Assembly: GCF_006345805.1 (NCBI RefSeq)
Contig: NC_042998.1
Span: forward strand, 193,378,001-193,442,000
Length of the DNA: 64,000 bases
From: Octopus sinensis
Taxonomy: Eukaryota
Direction of reading: 5' to 3'
Shown here: one piece after another, positions 49,666 through 63,925 of the stretch
Numbering within the stretch: the stretch's first letter is position 1
Layout of the letters: each line of letters begins with the position of its first letter
Notes under the pieces: generated by a model
What the model was told of the DNA's origin: nothing
Databases searched by the model: none
Seen by the model: only the letters and a program-made list of their open reading frames with translations
Program-made: the position numbers and the translations under genes

Positions 49666-51918
49666 GTGTGTGTGTGTGTTTGTGTGTCTGTGTTTGTCCC
49701 TGTAGCATTGCTTGACAACCGATGCTGGTGTGTCTATGTCCCCGTTACTTAGCGGTTCGGCAAAAGAGACCGATAGAATAAGTACTGGGCTTACAAAAGA
49801 ATAAGTCCCGGGGTCGAGTTACTCGATTAAAGGCGGTGCTCCAGCATGGCCGCAGTCAAATGACTGAAACAAGTAAAAGAGTAAAAGAGTAAAGAGTAAT
49901 CATTACTTTGGAAACAATATCTATGTTTTAGCAACAAAAGTGTAAAATTTCATTTTAGGTTTTATATTTCTTATTTTCTGTGTGCCTTTTTATGAAGTTC
50001 AATCTGAGCAATCTTTGGCTAGTTTGCATGCAAGAATTCTAAAGGAATCAACATTTTGGATACAGAAACAGAAAGTAAGGAGAAAGAGATGATGAGGTGA
50101 TCTTTGGAACTTAATGTCATCAACCAAGTAAAGATAAGGGGGATCGAAAAACTAATCATCGGAATTTGAAGAATAATTTAATTTCCATATTCATCCTGCT
50201 CGTTCATTAATTTAAGCCTTCATCTTAATATTGATTGCTTTTAATTAAGAACAAAGCTAAACTCCGATTGAGGAAGCGTATGGTATCATTTTGGGCGTTC
50301 GTTAATTGAAACGAGAAGGCTAAGAGATGTACACTTCTGCATTATTTGGACACAGAACAATGAAATAGAAGTACTTGTTATAGTCTAAGTCCAACCTTCT
50401 ACCTTGTCGATCATCTTTGCTGGCGTGGCGTATGCCATCTAAACAGGCACAAAGATACAACTTATCTATGTGTGTACAGTCGATTATATTGACTGATATT
50501 CTCTCTTAACGAGAAGGGAGATATCCTATGTCAGGTTCTAATGCATTCGATCTCAGAAATACTACAGAATAGTGGAGGCATTTTGCAAAGCGTTTTTTAC
50601 AGTTTCTGAAATCACCGCTGCTTTCGTCCTCTTATAAAATAGTCACATAAATTGTATATAATGAAGGCGACTTACAAAGCAACAAAATTATCAAACATTA
50701 ATTTATTAACTGCTGAATTGGTGTTAAAATAAATACTGGTGTTAAATAAATGAATTAGACTCAGAGATTTCCTTGAGGCAGTTCAAAATGAGAAACGCAG
50801 GTGATTCTTTAGTTCATTTATAATTTAAACATATTAGAAATATATGGTCGACTGTAACATACGTATATAGCCGCTGGTGGAAGAATGACCGGGACCTAGT
50901 GCGAAATTTAAAATTTTCTGATAGTTTTAGAATCTAACGAAGTATGACATATGTGTATTTTATAATAGTTGTTTTACTTATATTAGTTTGCAAATTTATA
51001 GACGAGTTTTCCTTCTAAAATGGAAATCAAGAATTTAAGCAGCGTTATACATAACTAAATATGATTATTTGGATCTGTTAGCAAAACGTTTACTGTTCAC
51101 AGAAACGGATTGTTTTTTCATTCTTTCCTTGTTCTTGTTCTTGTTCTTGTTTTCAATCGCCCTGATTTAACAGATCTATTTTTAAAAACATTCTTTTCAG
51201 ATGTAATTCATCTGATCCAAAATTATACAATGAATCTATATATGTTTAAGGCAATAAAACAAGATTTAAACGAAATTTTACTACTGTTACTAGTAGTACG
51301 CAGGAGATCCTTCTGTGCCACTGTTTCTGTTATTTAACCCTAGGTCAAACATGATGGAGCATGCTAACATCAAAAATCTATGAGCTATCAATCATTAGTT
51401 ATAAGTTTTCAACTGGCTAATTACTAACTCATGGCATTTCTAACGGTGACTGAGGCAAGGGAGTATCTGTAACCTGATTGTAAGCAAATATCAGTAGGGA
51501 ACTTTGTCCTGTTAATATATTGTTTTAGTTTTTTCGGTGATATATACTTCACTGACGGAGAGAAGGTAATACATATGCACATCACCTCTAGGAGAAAAAG
51601 AACTCAATATATGCATAGAATATATGTATGTGTGTGCGTGTGTGTACAAACATATACATATATACATAAATATAATTCTAAGTATATGTATATTTTGTAT
51701 AAGGAGAGAGAGAGAGAGAGAGTCTGGGAGAAAATGTAAGTAGATTTCCTTCCAATTATTGATAGGTTCTCATTTGAAATGAGTTAATTTTCCTCCAGTC
51801 ATTGGATAAACCTAAGCCAACGGTGATTCCGTTGAATGGTCCTCGTTTTCATAATTTTTTTGTTTATATTTTTGTAAAAGAGTATTTCAGGACTTGTCTT
51901 TCACCCGTGATGTTTATG

Positions 51919-52896
51919 TATTTCTTTACTACCCACAAGGGGCTAAACACAGGGAGGGGACAAACAACGACAGACAAACGGATTAAGTCGATTACATCGG
52001 CCCCAGTGCGTAACTGGTACTTAATTTATCGACTCCGAAAGGATGAAAGGCGAAGTCCATCTCTGCAGAATTTGAACTCAGAACATAAAGACAGACGAAA
52101 TACTTATTTCTTTACTACTCACAAGGGGCTAAACACAGAGGGGACAAACAAGGGCAGACAAACGGATTATTATTAAATCGATTACATCGGCCCCAGTGCG
52201 TAACTGGTACTTAATTTATCGACCCCGAAAGGATGAAAGGCGAAGTCCATCTCTGCAGAATTTGAACTCAGAACATAAAGACAGACGAAATACTTATTTC
52301 TTTACTACTCACAAGGGGCTAAACACAGGGAGGGGACAAACAAGGACAGACAAACGGATTAAATCGATTACATCGGCCCCAGTGCGTAACTGGTACTTAA
52401 TTTATCGACCCCGAAAGGATGAAAGGCGAAGTCCATCTCTGCAGAATTTGAACTCAGAACATAAAGACAGACGAAATACTTATTTCTTTACTACTCACAA
52501 GGGGCTAAACACAGAGGGGACAAACAACGACAGACAAACGGATAAAATCGATTACATCGGCCCCAGTGCGTAACTGGTACTTAATTTATCGACCCCGAAA
52601 GGATGAAAGGCGAAGTCGATCTCTGCAGAATTTGAACTCAGAACATAAAGACAGACGAAATACTTATTTCTTTACTACTCACAAGGGGCTAAACACAGAG
52701 GGGACAAACAAGGACAGACAAACGGATTAAATCGATTACATCGGCCCCAGTGCGTAATTGGTACATAATTTATCGACCCCGAAAGGATGAAAGGCAAAGT
52801 CGACCTCGGCGGAATTTGAACTCAGAACGTAACGGCAGACAAAATACGGCTACGCATTTCGCCCGGCCTGCTAACGTTTCTGCCAGCTCGCCGCCT
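51919..52896 (-). mobile_element. SINE family A pentamer
   Basis: Units at 51919, 52105, 52295, 52481 and 52665; single head near 52860-52896; tgtttatg repeated at 51911-51918 and 52897-52904. Confidence 0.9.
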
Positions 52897-53043
52897 TGTT
52901 TATGATATATATCAGATGTATCATCATGAATGCATACATCTTTTGTTTCTCATATTCTTACCTGTTTGAACTGTATCGTTAATGACTACAATCTGTATAA
53001 TATAAATACAGTCAATATCGCGCGGTATACTTTTCACTTACAA

Positions 53044-53274
53044 AGGCGGCGAGCTGGCAGAAACTTTAGCACGCCGGGTGAATTGCGTAGCCGTATTTCG
53101 TCTGCCGCTACGTTCTGGGTTCAAATTCCGCCGAGGTCGACTTTGCTTTTCATCCTTTCGGGGTTGATAAATTAAGTACCAGTTACGCCCTGGGGTCGAT
53201 GTAATCGACTTAATCCGTTTGTCTGTCTTGTTTGTCCTCTCTGTGTTTAGCCCCTTGTGGGTAGTAAAGAAATT
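53044..53274 (+). mobile_element. SINE family A monomer
   Basis: 20-bp TSD ggtatacttttcacttacaa at 53024-53043 and 53275-53294. Confidence 0.95.
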
Positions 53275-53929
53275 GGTATACTTTTCACTTACAACTGGTT
53301 GCGCTACAGTTGTCTTCTCTTTGTTGCTTTGTTGCTCTACAATTATTCTCTCAACATTCTGAATGCCAAGATAGTTTTGCTCATCTTGCGATCTAGTTCG
53401 CCACTCATTATACCATCATTATCAATTCCTTTGCCAGGATAGATGAAGTAGCTTGTATTTACCAGCCTTTGCTCTTCCATTATGTTGCGTTCAAGTCAAG
53501 ATCTCTTAGGACTTGGCCGGTAAAAGGCTGCATTCTATCAGCTATTAATTGTCAACCTAAATGTTGTGCCTGAAATGCCAAAAGCCTTCACTAAGCTCTA
53601 TTGTTCTCTAGACTGTGCGAAACGAGCACACAGTAATCAGCAAACTTTTCTCTTGCTAACATAAGGGCAGTTTTGGTATTTGCTTTCAGGTGCAACATCT
53701 TAAAGAGATTAACATCAGGTCTTGGTTGAGTTGAGTTACAAAATGCCTCATTGGAAATCGTTGTGAAAAGAAATGGAATAAATCTTGTCGTTAAAAACAA
53801 CTGACTCCGTAACATCATGCTATGCAGTACTGAACTTCACTTGTGTGACGTGCGCATTCTTTCTTCTAAGCAAAGGTTTTATTATACAAGTGAACATATC
53901 TGAACATCTTAACCCTCTGAGTATCAACT

Positions 53930-54710
<781 letters not shown>

Positions 54711-54998
54711 TTTGGGATAGAGAAAAGAAACCATGTACAGTTGTGAGAATTAGCTGCCCAGTGGCTGTTAACATTATGCTGAAGATTAGTGGATGCTGGT
54801 CCTTTGTTCCATCTTCTTATCCATGACAAAATCGCAGACTGCAGCACACACGTGATCAGAAAACACAAACTTTACAACTTGCGAAGTAAACACGATGATG
54901 TCACTGCTTCATGAATGGCACTTATAGCTCTCACTTCGCACGTGATGCTATATGTTGGCGCGCTACAGGAACTAGTCCGGGAACTTTTTGTTACCATC

Positions 54999-55067
<69 letters not shown>

Positions 55068-57024
55068 TGTGTGTGTGTGTGTTCTGTGTGTGTTTGTGTG
55101 TGTGTGTGTGTCTGTACGACGTCTTCCGCATAATTTCCTTCCAAGTTATTGGTCAGTCCGAGACAAATGACTGAAAACACTTACCCAAGCTGATATACAG
55201 AGTGTTCAAACTCGGAAGATGAATGTGCTTTCAAAATCATGTTTATAACTAAACAATTACTCTTGCGCCAAAGTGTTCTTTTTTTCAAGATAGAAGGAGA
55301 ATTTGTCTGCTATTTCTAGGAAACCAAACGACTAATTAAAAGGTTAGACGTTGGGTTGATTCAGAAATATCTATAATCTTGTAGTCCTCTGACAAGAATA
55401 AAAGCAAATAGTCTCTACTAGGGTGATTTTAATTCATCTCAAGTTACAAAAGTAGACTTTATTTATAAAAATGCTCTCTATAGAAAGATCATACCCGGTT
55501 ATAAGATTACGGTAAAGTTATTCCTCATGATATACGAAGGAAAACTAGGGAATGTGATAGTATTTCTATGTTACTTTTGTTTCTGGTGGATCAGCATGGC
55601 CAAAACTTTGACCAACTATTTACATTTAACGAACTAACCTTTACCGAAAGAGTAACTGTATATGATTCGCCGAGACTGACATTGGTCGGCATATGGAAGT
55701 ACATGACTCTTTCATGAAACCCGCTCTTATTAAAAATATGTTCTTTTTTCTTTCTATGAAACATCAAAGTAAAGGTTTCTTTGTTTCACAAATCAAAAGA
55801 AGACACCAAATGAGAAAATATTCTTCTAGAAGAAGCCATTAAAAAGAAGATTAATAATGACTGTGATGGTATTCTTAATGAATAACAGTGTTCCAATTTA
55901 CTGCGACAGCCAGATAGTGTAAACAGATTTCTTCAGTGGGGTAAAAACATCAGAAGAGGGATAGAGGAGGGCGAGAGAGAGACACAGACAGACGGACAGA
56001 AATAGAGAGAGACAGAGACAAAGAGACAGAGACAGAGAGGCAGAGAGAATAAGTCGTTTTATTAGAATATTGGAAAACGGAGAGGGGGAAATATGTTACT
56101 GAGATTGTGAGCACTGCTAATAGTAATGCTTGTAATAATAAACTTCTAATATGTCACAAGAAGAAAACAAAACGAGCAAGTTTTAATTAATTAACTTCAG
56201 CAATAAGTACACTAATTAGACGCAAGATATTTTACATGTAGTCCGGCGTTAGCAATCCTTTAGCGTTCCAAGATTATTTTTTGCAAATTACACCTTAGTA
56301 CATAAAACAGATGTTAACAGAATTTTTGGTGTCAAATTGTTTTTTATGAATTGAATGCTTCAGAATAAAGCCATATTACAGTTCGTTGAAGACATCGTCT
56401 ATATTTTATGTTTTTTTTTTTTTTTGTGTGTGATAACCAAAGAAACCGTGAGTATCTTAGAAGTCAACTATTGTTATCAGGTTAACCCTGGTGGAGCAGA
56501 CTTATGTTTTATACTGTTCAAGCACATACTATCTACATTGTTGTGTAACCAGTATTACATTGTTCACCGCTATTCAATGTCTAAGGTACATATGTGTAAT
56601 AAGAGAGACAGTTGACTGATATATCTGGCAGGTTGAGTGATACAGTATCTCTGATAGATCAACAAGTAATAGGACAGGTAAAGAGTTCCCGAGGGTTTCC
56701 TGGTGAAGATATGACTTTAGAGCACTGTTTTGTTTGGGTAAAATAATGGTGTGAAAGAATTTATTGGATGAGCTAATCTGTTAGCTAAGATGGAGGAAGA
56801 AACTATTGTTGCAACAGTACAAAAGATCTAAGAGAAACGCAGCGGCTTCGTAAATGGTTGTCGTGAGAGTTGATGACTAAAGACTTACAAAATCAGGCAG
56901 ATAAGCGTTTGGAGATGGAACGCTATGCTCTACTTGGACACGGTAATGGCATAATTTGTGGCTATTGTTATTGTTCTTTAGCCTCAGTTCGGCACTGGTC
57001 GAGAAGATATATGATCAAAGTTAT

Positions 57025-57442
57025 ATAAGGCGGCGAGCTGGCAGAAACGTTAGCACGCCGGGCGAAATGCTTAGCGGTATTTCGTCTGCCGCTATGTTCT
57101 GAGTTCAAATTCCGCCGAGGTCGACTTTGCCTTTCATCCTTTCGGGGTCGATAAATTAAGTACCAGTTACGCACTGGGGTCGATGTAATCGACTTAATTT
57201 GTTTGTCTGTCCTTGTTTGTTTTCTCTGTGTTTAGCCCCTTGTGGGTAGTAAAGAAATAGGTATTTTATCTGCCGCTACGTTCTGAATTCAAATTCCGCC
57301 GACGTCGACTTTGCCTTTCATCATTTCGGGGTCGATAAATTAAGTACCAGTTATCCACTGGGGTCGATGTAATCGACTTAATCTGTTTGTCTGTCCTTGT
57401 TTGTCCTCTCTGTGTTTAGCCCCTTGTGGGTAGTAAAGAATC
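57025..57442 (+). mobile_element. SINE family A dimer
   Basis: One head, two bodies; 17-bp TSD tatatgatcaaagttat at 57008-57024 and 57443-57459. Confidence 0.95.
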
Positions 57443-58142
57443 TATATGATCAAAGTTATCCTAACCATGATCATTCAGTCTTTCCATAGCCATTATTTTT
57501 AGGACTAGATTATCGAAAGTGATTTTCTGTATTTTTTTTTTGAGGAAGCAGCGTGATATTTGGAGTGATTTGGTTGTTATAGTAGTAGGTCGAGCAGTTT
57601 CGTGTCTAATTTATAAAACGAATTGTTAAAATGATTCTCTAATCTCATGGAGATTTTATCTCTTTACAGAACTTGCTTCAGTTAAATAGGAGTATGTACT
57701 GTAACGAGAAACTTTACTTCCTGCACAAGCTTCAAATATATTACAAATGAACAAGTCTTTTGTACTTATTTCCATAAGTAAATTATAACAAATAAATTGC
57801 AAGCTAATATAGACATCACTATTTGCACTCATTACAAGGGTTTCGATAATTACAAGCCTCGAGTTAGAAGAAATATAATTTAGTCTCAGATTTTTCTTTC
57901 TCTTTCTCATAGTAAATTCTGATTGTGTGAAGAATACACGTTTATTAATATTGGAAAAAATTTCACAGATCATATGAAGCTGCAGGAAAATGAAGAGATG
58001 GTAATGTGTTTAAGAGGTTTGCTTCGCAACAAGGTTGTTCCGTGTTCGAGCTGACTTTACAGTACATTGGACAAATAACTTCCACAATAACTTTCAGTTG
58101 ACCAAAACCTTATGAATGGAATTTGATAGACGCAAACTGTGT

Positions 58143-58388
58143 GAAAGGTAGAAGAGTCCAGTTTGCTGGACATTGTTGTAGAGCTGAAAACGGGGTAATT
58201 TCTACTCTTCTCCTCTGGAAGCCATATGCTCGCGATATCAGAGGGTGCACACTCTCCTACCCTGATGTAATCTCCAGGGATACTGGCATCCAGCAACAGG
58301 ACCTCCGTAATGCTATTATGGACCATGAAGTCTGGTGTAACATAGTAAATTCCATTGTCTCGACCACGGTCGAACAATGATGATGATT
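58143..58388 (+). pseudogene. RTE-clade LINE 3' end
   Basis: VKGRRVQFAGHCCRAEN...LLLWKP...TLSYPDVISRDTG...NAIMDHEVW...STTVEQ*, then (TGA)n tail. Confidence 0.8.
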
Positions 58389-58429
58389 GTGTTCGCGCAC
58401 GCGGGTGCGTGTGTGTGTATATGTGTGTG

Positions 58430-58497
<68 letters not shown>

Positions 58498-58986
58498 AAT
58501 TTAAATAATCAGAAAGGTGAAAAGGGGCAACGATTAAACAACATTGAGTTTCTGATATATGTAAGAACTCTACTCTTTATATATATTGAGTACCTCTTCG
58601 TTTATATATACAAACGTTCATCAATCCATTTATATGTGCTCAAACGTATGTATGCATGCCTTATGTATATGTTTGTACGTGCGTAGTGTTTGTATGCATA
58701 TGTGTATAAACATAAAACACTTGAAATCCCTAAAAGCAAAGCTTTGCGAACGCAGATTCTTGAGATGTTTGCTTTGCACCGATTGGTAACCACTTCTTTT
58801 TCTCTCTTGCCGTCTGAAATACATGGAATCAATGACTGTCTTGTTGAAAACCTTTTGCATACTGTTCACCATTTTTAATATAAAACCTATACATATGAAG
58901 TTACAGGATCACATTTCTTTCAGTATTAGAAGTGTAGTGGGTCGTCAGAAACAGTATGGTACCCTGGGTTAGATAATTTGCAGTGT

Positions 58987-59385
58987 TTACTCTTTTACTC
59001 CCTTTTACTTGTTTCAGTCATTTGACTGTGGCCATGCTGGAGCACCGCCTTTAGTCGAGCAACTCGACCCCGGGACTTATTCTTTGTAAGCCCAGTACTT
59101 ATTCTATCGGTCTCTTTTGCCGAACCACTAGGTGACGGGGACCTAAACACACCAGCATCGGTTGTCAAGCAATGCTAGGGGGAAAAACCACAAACATACA
59201 CGCACACACATATATATAAATACACCATCTATATACGACAGGCTTCTTTCAGGTTTCCGTCTACCAAATCCACTAACAAGGCTTTGGTCGGCCCGAGGCT
59301 ATAGCAGAAGACACTTGCCCAATGGTGCCACGCAGTGGGACTGAACCTGAAACCATGTGATTGGTAAACAAGCCACTCCTGCGCC
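58987..59385 (-). mobile_element. SINE family B
   Basis: Family B sequence on the minus strand. Confidence 0.9.
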
Positions 59386-59853
59386 TATTGGTTATGTACA
59401 TTTACATTCTGATTCCAAATTTACTTGAGGTTGATTTTTCATTCCTCCAGCGTTGATAAAAAGGTATTTTGTTTTTATGTAACCTTACGGTAGCCTTGTT
59501 TTCGCAACTCTATGACAAAAAGCGTTCTAACCATGACTATCTAACCTTCAGAAGAAAAATTCTGTATCTAGATCAACAATACCCATTTTTATGATGGTAA
59601 GGTGTGACTGAAGAGAGAATAAGTTGCTATTTCTAGAGTGTAGGAACCCACGTAGAGAGTCCCTCTATATCAAATATATAAGATTTGCGAATGCTGGGTG
59701 CTTCATTTAATCAATATAGCCTTCTCCTGTGACAATTTAAAAATATAGTAACAATAATGGGCAGATATCTTATGATACACTTGAAAAAACATCGAACGAT
59801 CTCTACTCGCCACTCAACATTGATTATCATATCTACCGAATATTATAAAATTA

Positions 59854-59854
<1 letters not shown>

Positions 59855-59919
<65 letters not shown>

Positions 59920-60082
59920 GATGGATGGATGGATGGATGGATGGATGGATGGTTAGATAGATAGATAGATAAATAGATACATACATACATACATACATAC
60001 ATACATACATACATAGGTAGGTAGGTAGGTAGGTAGGTAGGTAGGTAGGTAGGTAGGTAGGTAGGTAAGTAGGTAGGTAGAT

Positions 60083-60174
<92 letters not shown>

Positions 60175-60175
60175 A
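59855..60175. repeat. (GATA)(GATG)(CATA)(GGTA)(GATA) tetranucleotide mosaic
   Basis: Visible directly. Confidence 0.95.
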
Positions 60176-60886
60176 ACCCTATAAGCACCCTTGAGAATGA
60201 ATCCAAGAGGAGGTGACTACTTATCTTCGAAATGGAGGAAGCATATAAAAAAAATTGGTTGGTTTCTTGATGTTTTACACTAAGTGGAACTAGACTTTCG
60301 TCAACAAACTTTGTATTAAAACATGTCATCATTCAATGTGATATTAATAGAAAAAGTTATATTCTGCGTCAGATATTAAGAGGGTCTGTAAAGATATACA
60401 ACGAGCTCGGCTTACATATAAATTTCATAGTAGATATCTTATGTCACTACTTCAGCGTATATTGGAAGGGTACTCGTAAATTCATATTATATATTTTCAG
60501 TTGGTTTCTTCTAATTTTCCCTTATTTGGATTGTTCAAGCATTTACTCAAACCATATCCACATGATAATATCTATAATTCTCATCTACGAAATCCTATTT
60601 TTATAGAATAATGATCCTTTGTTGCTTACGGATGAGTTTTTTTACTCTGCGTATGAAAAATCATTTATCAGACTCTAGACACGTCTAATATAACGATGTA
60701 CAAACAGAAACAAACCAATATATCAATATGTGTGTTTGCGTTTGAAAGAGAGAGAAGGGGTAAGGAGAGAAAGGGAGAGATAAAGTGACAAAGGCAGAGA
60801 GAATATGTATCTGTAAATCATTACTGATCTACTACAAGGGGTCTGAAGCGGCAAACTGCGGTGCACTGGTGCACTGCAAGAGATAT

Positions 60887-61280
60887 CTCTTTTACTCTTT
60901 TACTCTTTTACTTGTTTCAGTCATTTGACTGCGACCATGCTGGAGCACCCACCTTTATCGAGCAACTCGACCCCGGGACTTATTCTTTGTAAGCCCAGTA
61001 CTTATTCTATCGGTCTCTTTTGCCGAACGCTAAGTGACGGGGACATAAAACAAACCAGCATCGGTTGTCAAGCATTGCTAGGGGACAACACAGAACAGAC
61101 ACACAAACACATACACACACATATATCATACTTAACGACGGGCTTCTTCAGTTTCCACTCACAAGGTTTAGGTCGGCCCCGAAGCTATAGTAGAAGACAC
61201 TTGGCCCAAGGTGCCACGCAGTGGGACTGAACCCGGACCATGTGGTTGGTAAGCAAGCTACTTACCACAACCGCACTCCT
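60887..61280 (-). mobile_element. SINE family B
   Basis: Family B sequence on the minus strand. Confidence 0.9.
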
Positions 61281-61615
61281 TCGGCGCTATCTAGATACGA
61301 TTTTGCTTTTTTTAATAATATAATTTAACCCTTTAACATTAAGATTTCTTTGTCAAAAATAATGCTTAATTTATTCGCATTGTTTTGAATCAATCATGCA
61401 TTATCTCGCAAAATTCAAGATTTTGATGATGTGATTGTTTATTTTTAAGAATGACATAGCAGGTCAGGTGTGAGAGATCAGATCTAGCCAATTTAAACAT
61501 AAGACAGGTAAAATATTTGGGTCATATATAGCAGCTCTAAATTCTAAAATGAATTACAACTGTGTTTCGTGGTCTGCTACCACAACAGATCCTTTATAGG
61601 ATCCAGTTAGCTCAA

Positions 61616-61665
61616 GACATCATCAGGACGAACCATGTCCGGTTTCGGCCCCTACTCCTCTACCG
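61616..61665 (-). ncRNA. Second candidate reversed-order hammerhead
   Basis: CGGU-A-GAGGA ... GGCC-GAA-ACCG ... UCGUC-CUGAUGA-UGUC. Confidence 0.35.
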
Positions 61666-61859
61666 TTCTGACGTCGCGGGCCCCCTACCCTTTCGGTGGT
61701 GTCTTCAGCTCTGGTGTTGGGTGCATGTCTTCTTTTCAAATGTTTGAATATTCGTTTGCAAAAACACGTTATTCGTATTTTTATTAAACACAAATTCAAG
61801 GTAACAGTTTTCTAAATTTCTAAATTTTCAAATTCAAAACATATCTATTGCTTTTTTGT

Positions 61860-62480
61860 CAGTCGCTGCACTGCGGCCATGCTGGAGAAGAGCTTTGAAA
61901 GGTTTCAGTTGAACACATTGATCCGAGTTCTTATGTTCTTGTTTTATTTTAATCTGGAATTCATTCTATTGGTTTCTTTTGCCACTTTGATAGGTTACAA
62001 AGACGTAAGCAAAGCAACACCAGCTATCAAGCGCTGGGAGTTACCAAACACAGACACAATCACACAACACACACACACGCACTCACGCACACACACACGC
62101 ACTCACGCACACACGCACTCACGCACACACACACTCACACACACACACTCTCTCACAAACACACACGCTCACACACACACACACACACTCATATACTCAC
62201 ACATTCACACACACACACTCACACACACACGCCCTCACACACACACGCACACACACACACTCATACACACACACACACACACACTTATACACACACGCAC
62301 ACACACGCACACACACGCACGCACGAACATACACGTAACCGGGGTTCCACACACTTCCGCAACCAAATTCACTCACAGGGTTATTGGTCGGCCTGGGGCT
62401 ATGGAAAAAAAATCATTTGCCCAAGGTGCTGCGAAACAGAACTGAACCTGAATCCACGAGACTGCAAAGATAGTTTAACC
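61860..62480 (-). mobile_element. Old SINE family B-related copy with expanded (CA)n
   Basis: ctgcggccatgctggag at one end and ggtcggcctggggctat...tttgcccaaggtgc...gaactgaacc at the other. Confidence 0.6.
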
Positions 62481-62843
62481 ACTCAACTATGTCCACAGTT
62501 TTCTTGCTACTGATTTTTTTTTTTCATAATTTTCCATACAAAATGCACCGGTAGTTTCGTTTGATCGTCAGCGAACCACAGGGACAAAAAAATATGAGAT
62601 GCATTATTCTACAGAGAGCCCAAAGATTACACCGGTTTGTATCGAGTGAAGACGGCATAAAGTATGTATGCTCAGCAGAACAATGGATTATATTGAGTGA
62701 ACTGGCTACAACACGAGGATAACATTCCCAAAAGTTTGTATATCTGTGGATGAAGAAGTGATAAAGAGAAGACATTTTCCCAATTAAATCAATATGTCGT
62801 ATACTTTGAAGACGGGGAAATATATTTTCATTACTGCTTACCT

Positions 62844-63066
62844 AAGGTGAGGAACTTACAGAATCGTAAGTATCCCGGGAAAAATACTTCGAGGCATTTC
62901 GCCCGTTTTTATGTTCTGGGTTCAAATACCGCCGGGACTGACTTTGCCTTTCATCCTTTCTGGGTTGGTAAAATAAGTACCAGTTGAGCACTGGGGTCGG
63001 TGTAATCGACTTAGCCCCTCCCCTCAAAATTGCTAGCCTTGTGCCAAAATTTGAAACCGTTATTAT
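62844..63066 (+). mobile_element. SINE family A variant (short-tail type)
   Basis: gttctgggttcaaataccgccggg...ctttgcctttcatcc...gccttgtgccaaaatttgaaacc. Confidence 0.75.
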
Positions 63067-63113
63067 TTACCTCATTACTGATGGTAACAATGAGTGGTCA
63101 TTAAACAACATCT

Positions 63114-63563
63114 GGGTTCTTTTCGGTTTGAACAGCAGTTTTTTCTAGCGGTGTCATATGAAATTGTCACCCATAACTATGACCCTAGTATCGATCTATT
63201 GCATTTCAATCTGTTTTAGGGTTGTGGTTAGTTATGGTTAATTAGGGTTAGCTAGGGTTAGTTAGGGTTAGGGTTAGGGGTGGGGGGAAGGGTATCTTTT
63301 TTTCTTCACAAATGTAAATAAACCCAATCTGTTTCTTAAATGAGGGACATATTCATACGCACAGAATAGACGTCATTGATTGGTTGAAATTGCAGAAATT
63401 TATAGAAAACAAAACAACAAATATCTTACACACTATGGAATTTTCTCAATAACGCCAAGAGAAAATATGTTTTATAAACACATTCTACCATTATACTAAG
63501 TTTAAAAGTGTTTATTTACGTGGAAATTATTTTTAAAACTGGCCGTTCAACGCGAAAAGTCCA
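63114..63563. mobile_element. Second copy of the 30-bp-TIR MITE, with internal TTAGGG-like array
   Basis: Colinear with 3102-3507; right TIR degenerate; flanks acatct/acaatct. Confidence 0.85.
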
Positions 63564-63774
63564 CAATCTGTGTTCCGATAAGAATTTAAGTCCCTTTTGT
63601 TACTCGCCTAGAAGATCATGCTGGGAAAGATTAGATTTAGAGTTTGGAGAGAGAAATTCGAATTGCGAATGAGCGATTACACAATGTTATATGTAACGAG
63701 GACTTTGCACTCATTTGTATTTCGTAACTCAAACATATCCCACACAAACAAACACAAACCTGGGCTATTATTTT

Positions 63775-63925
63775 AGAATCTTGCTTTGAAACCATACAGT
63801 CTTGGATTCGGTCCCACAGCACGACACCTTGAGCAAGTGTCTTCTAATATAACTCCGGACCGACCAATGTGGTGAGTGAATTTCATAGACAGAAACTGAA
63901 AAAACAAAACCCGTCATACATGTAT
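63775..63925 (+). mobile_element. SINE family B 5' fragment, degenerate
   Basis: caccttgagcaagtgtcttc...gaccgaccaat...agacagaaactgaaa. Confidence 0.6.

Larger units (their letters stand above)
49111..49898 (+). mobile_element. SINE family B, interrupted in its (TA)n by a hairpin element
   Basis: Head 49111-49285 and tail 49660-49898; flanking aagagtaat repeat. Confidence 0.85.

Noticed and set aside
51802-52896. Regular ~186-bp repeats as a CRISPR array or repeat protein
   Set aside because: No unique spacers and no cas genes; the units are SINE bodies.
57656-57973. 105-aa minus-strand ORF in non-repetitive DNA
   Set aside because: AT-rich, no recognisable domain or convincing splice context.
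60270-60312. ttgacga-aagt...actt hammerhead-like remnant (minus strand)
   Set aside because: C3 and GAAA are both missing.
61686-61708. Minus-strand CUGAAGA-caccacc-GAAA canonical-order motif
   Set aside because: No stem II, III or I pairing; the GAAA is better read as a GNRA hairpin loop.
62540-62577. Minus-strand CUGACGA-tcaaac-GAAA-ctaccggt-G hammerhead-like motif
   Set aside because: Position 17 is G, stem I has only one pair and stem II is absent; compatible with chance.
63216-63292. True telomere or chromosome-fusion site
   Set aside because: Short, degenerate and internal to a MITE that has a second copy.
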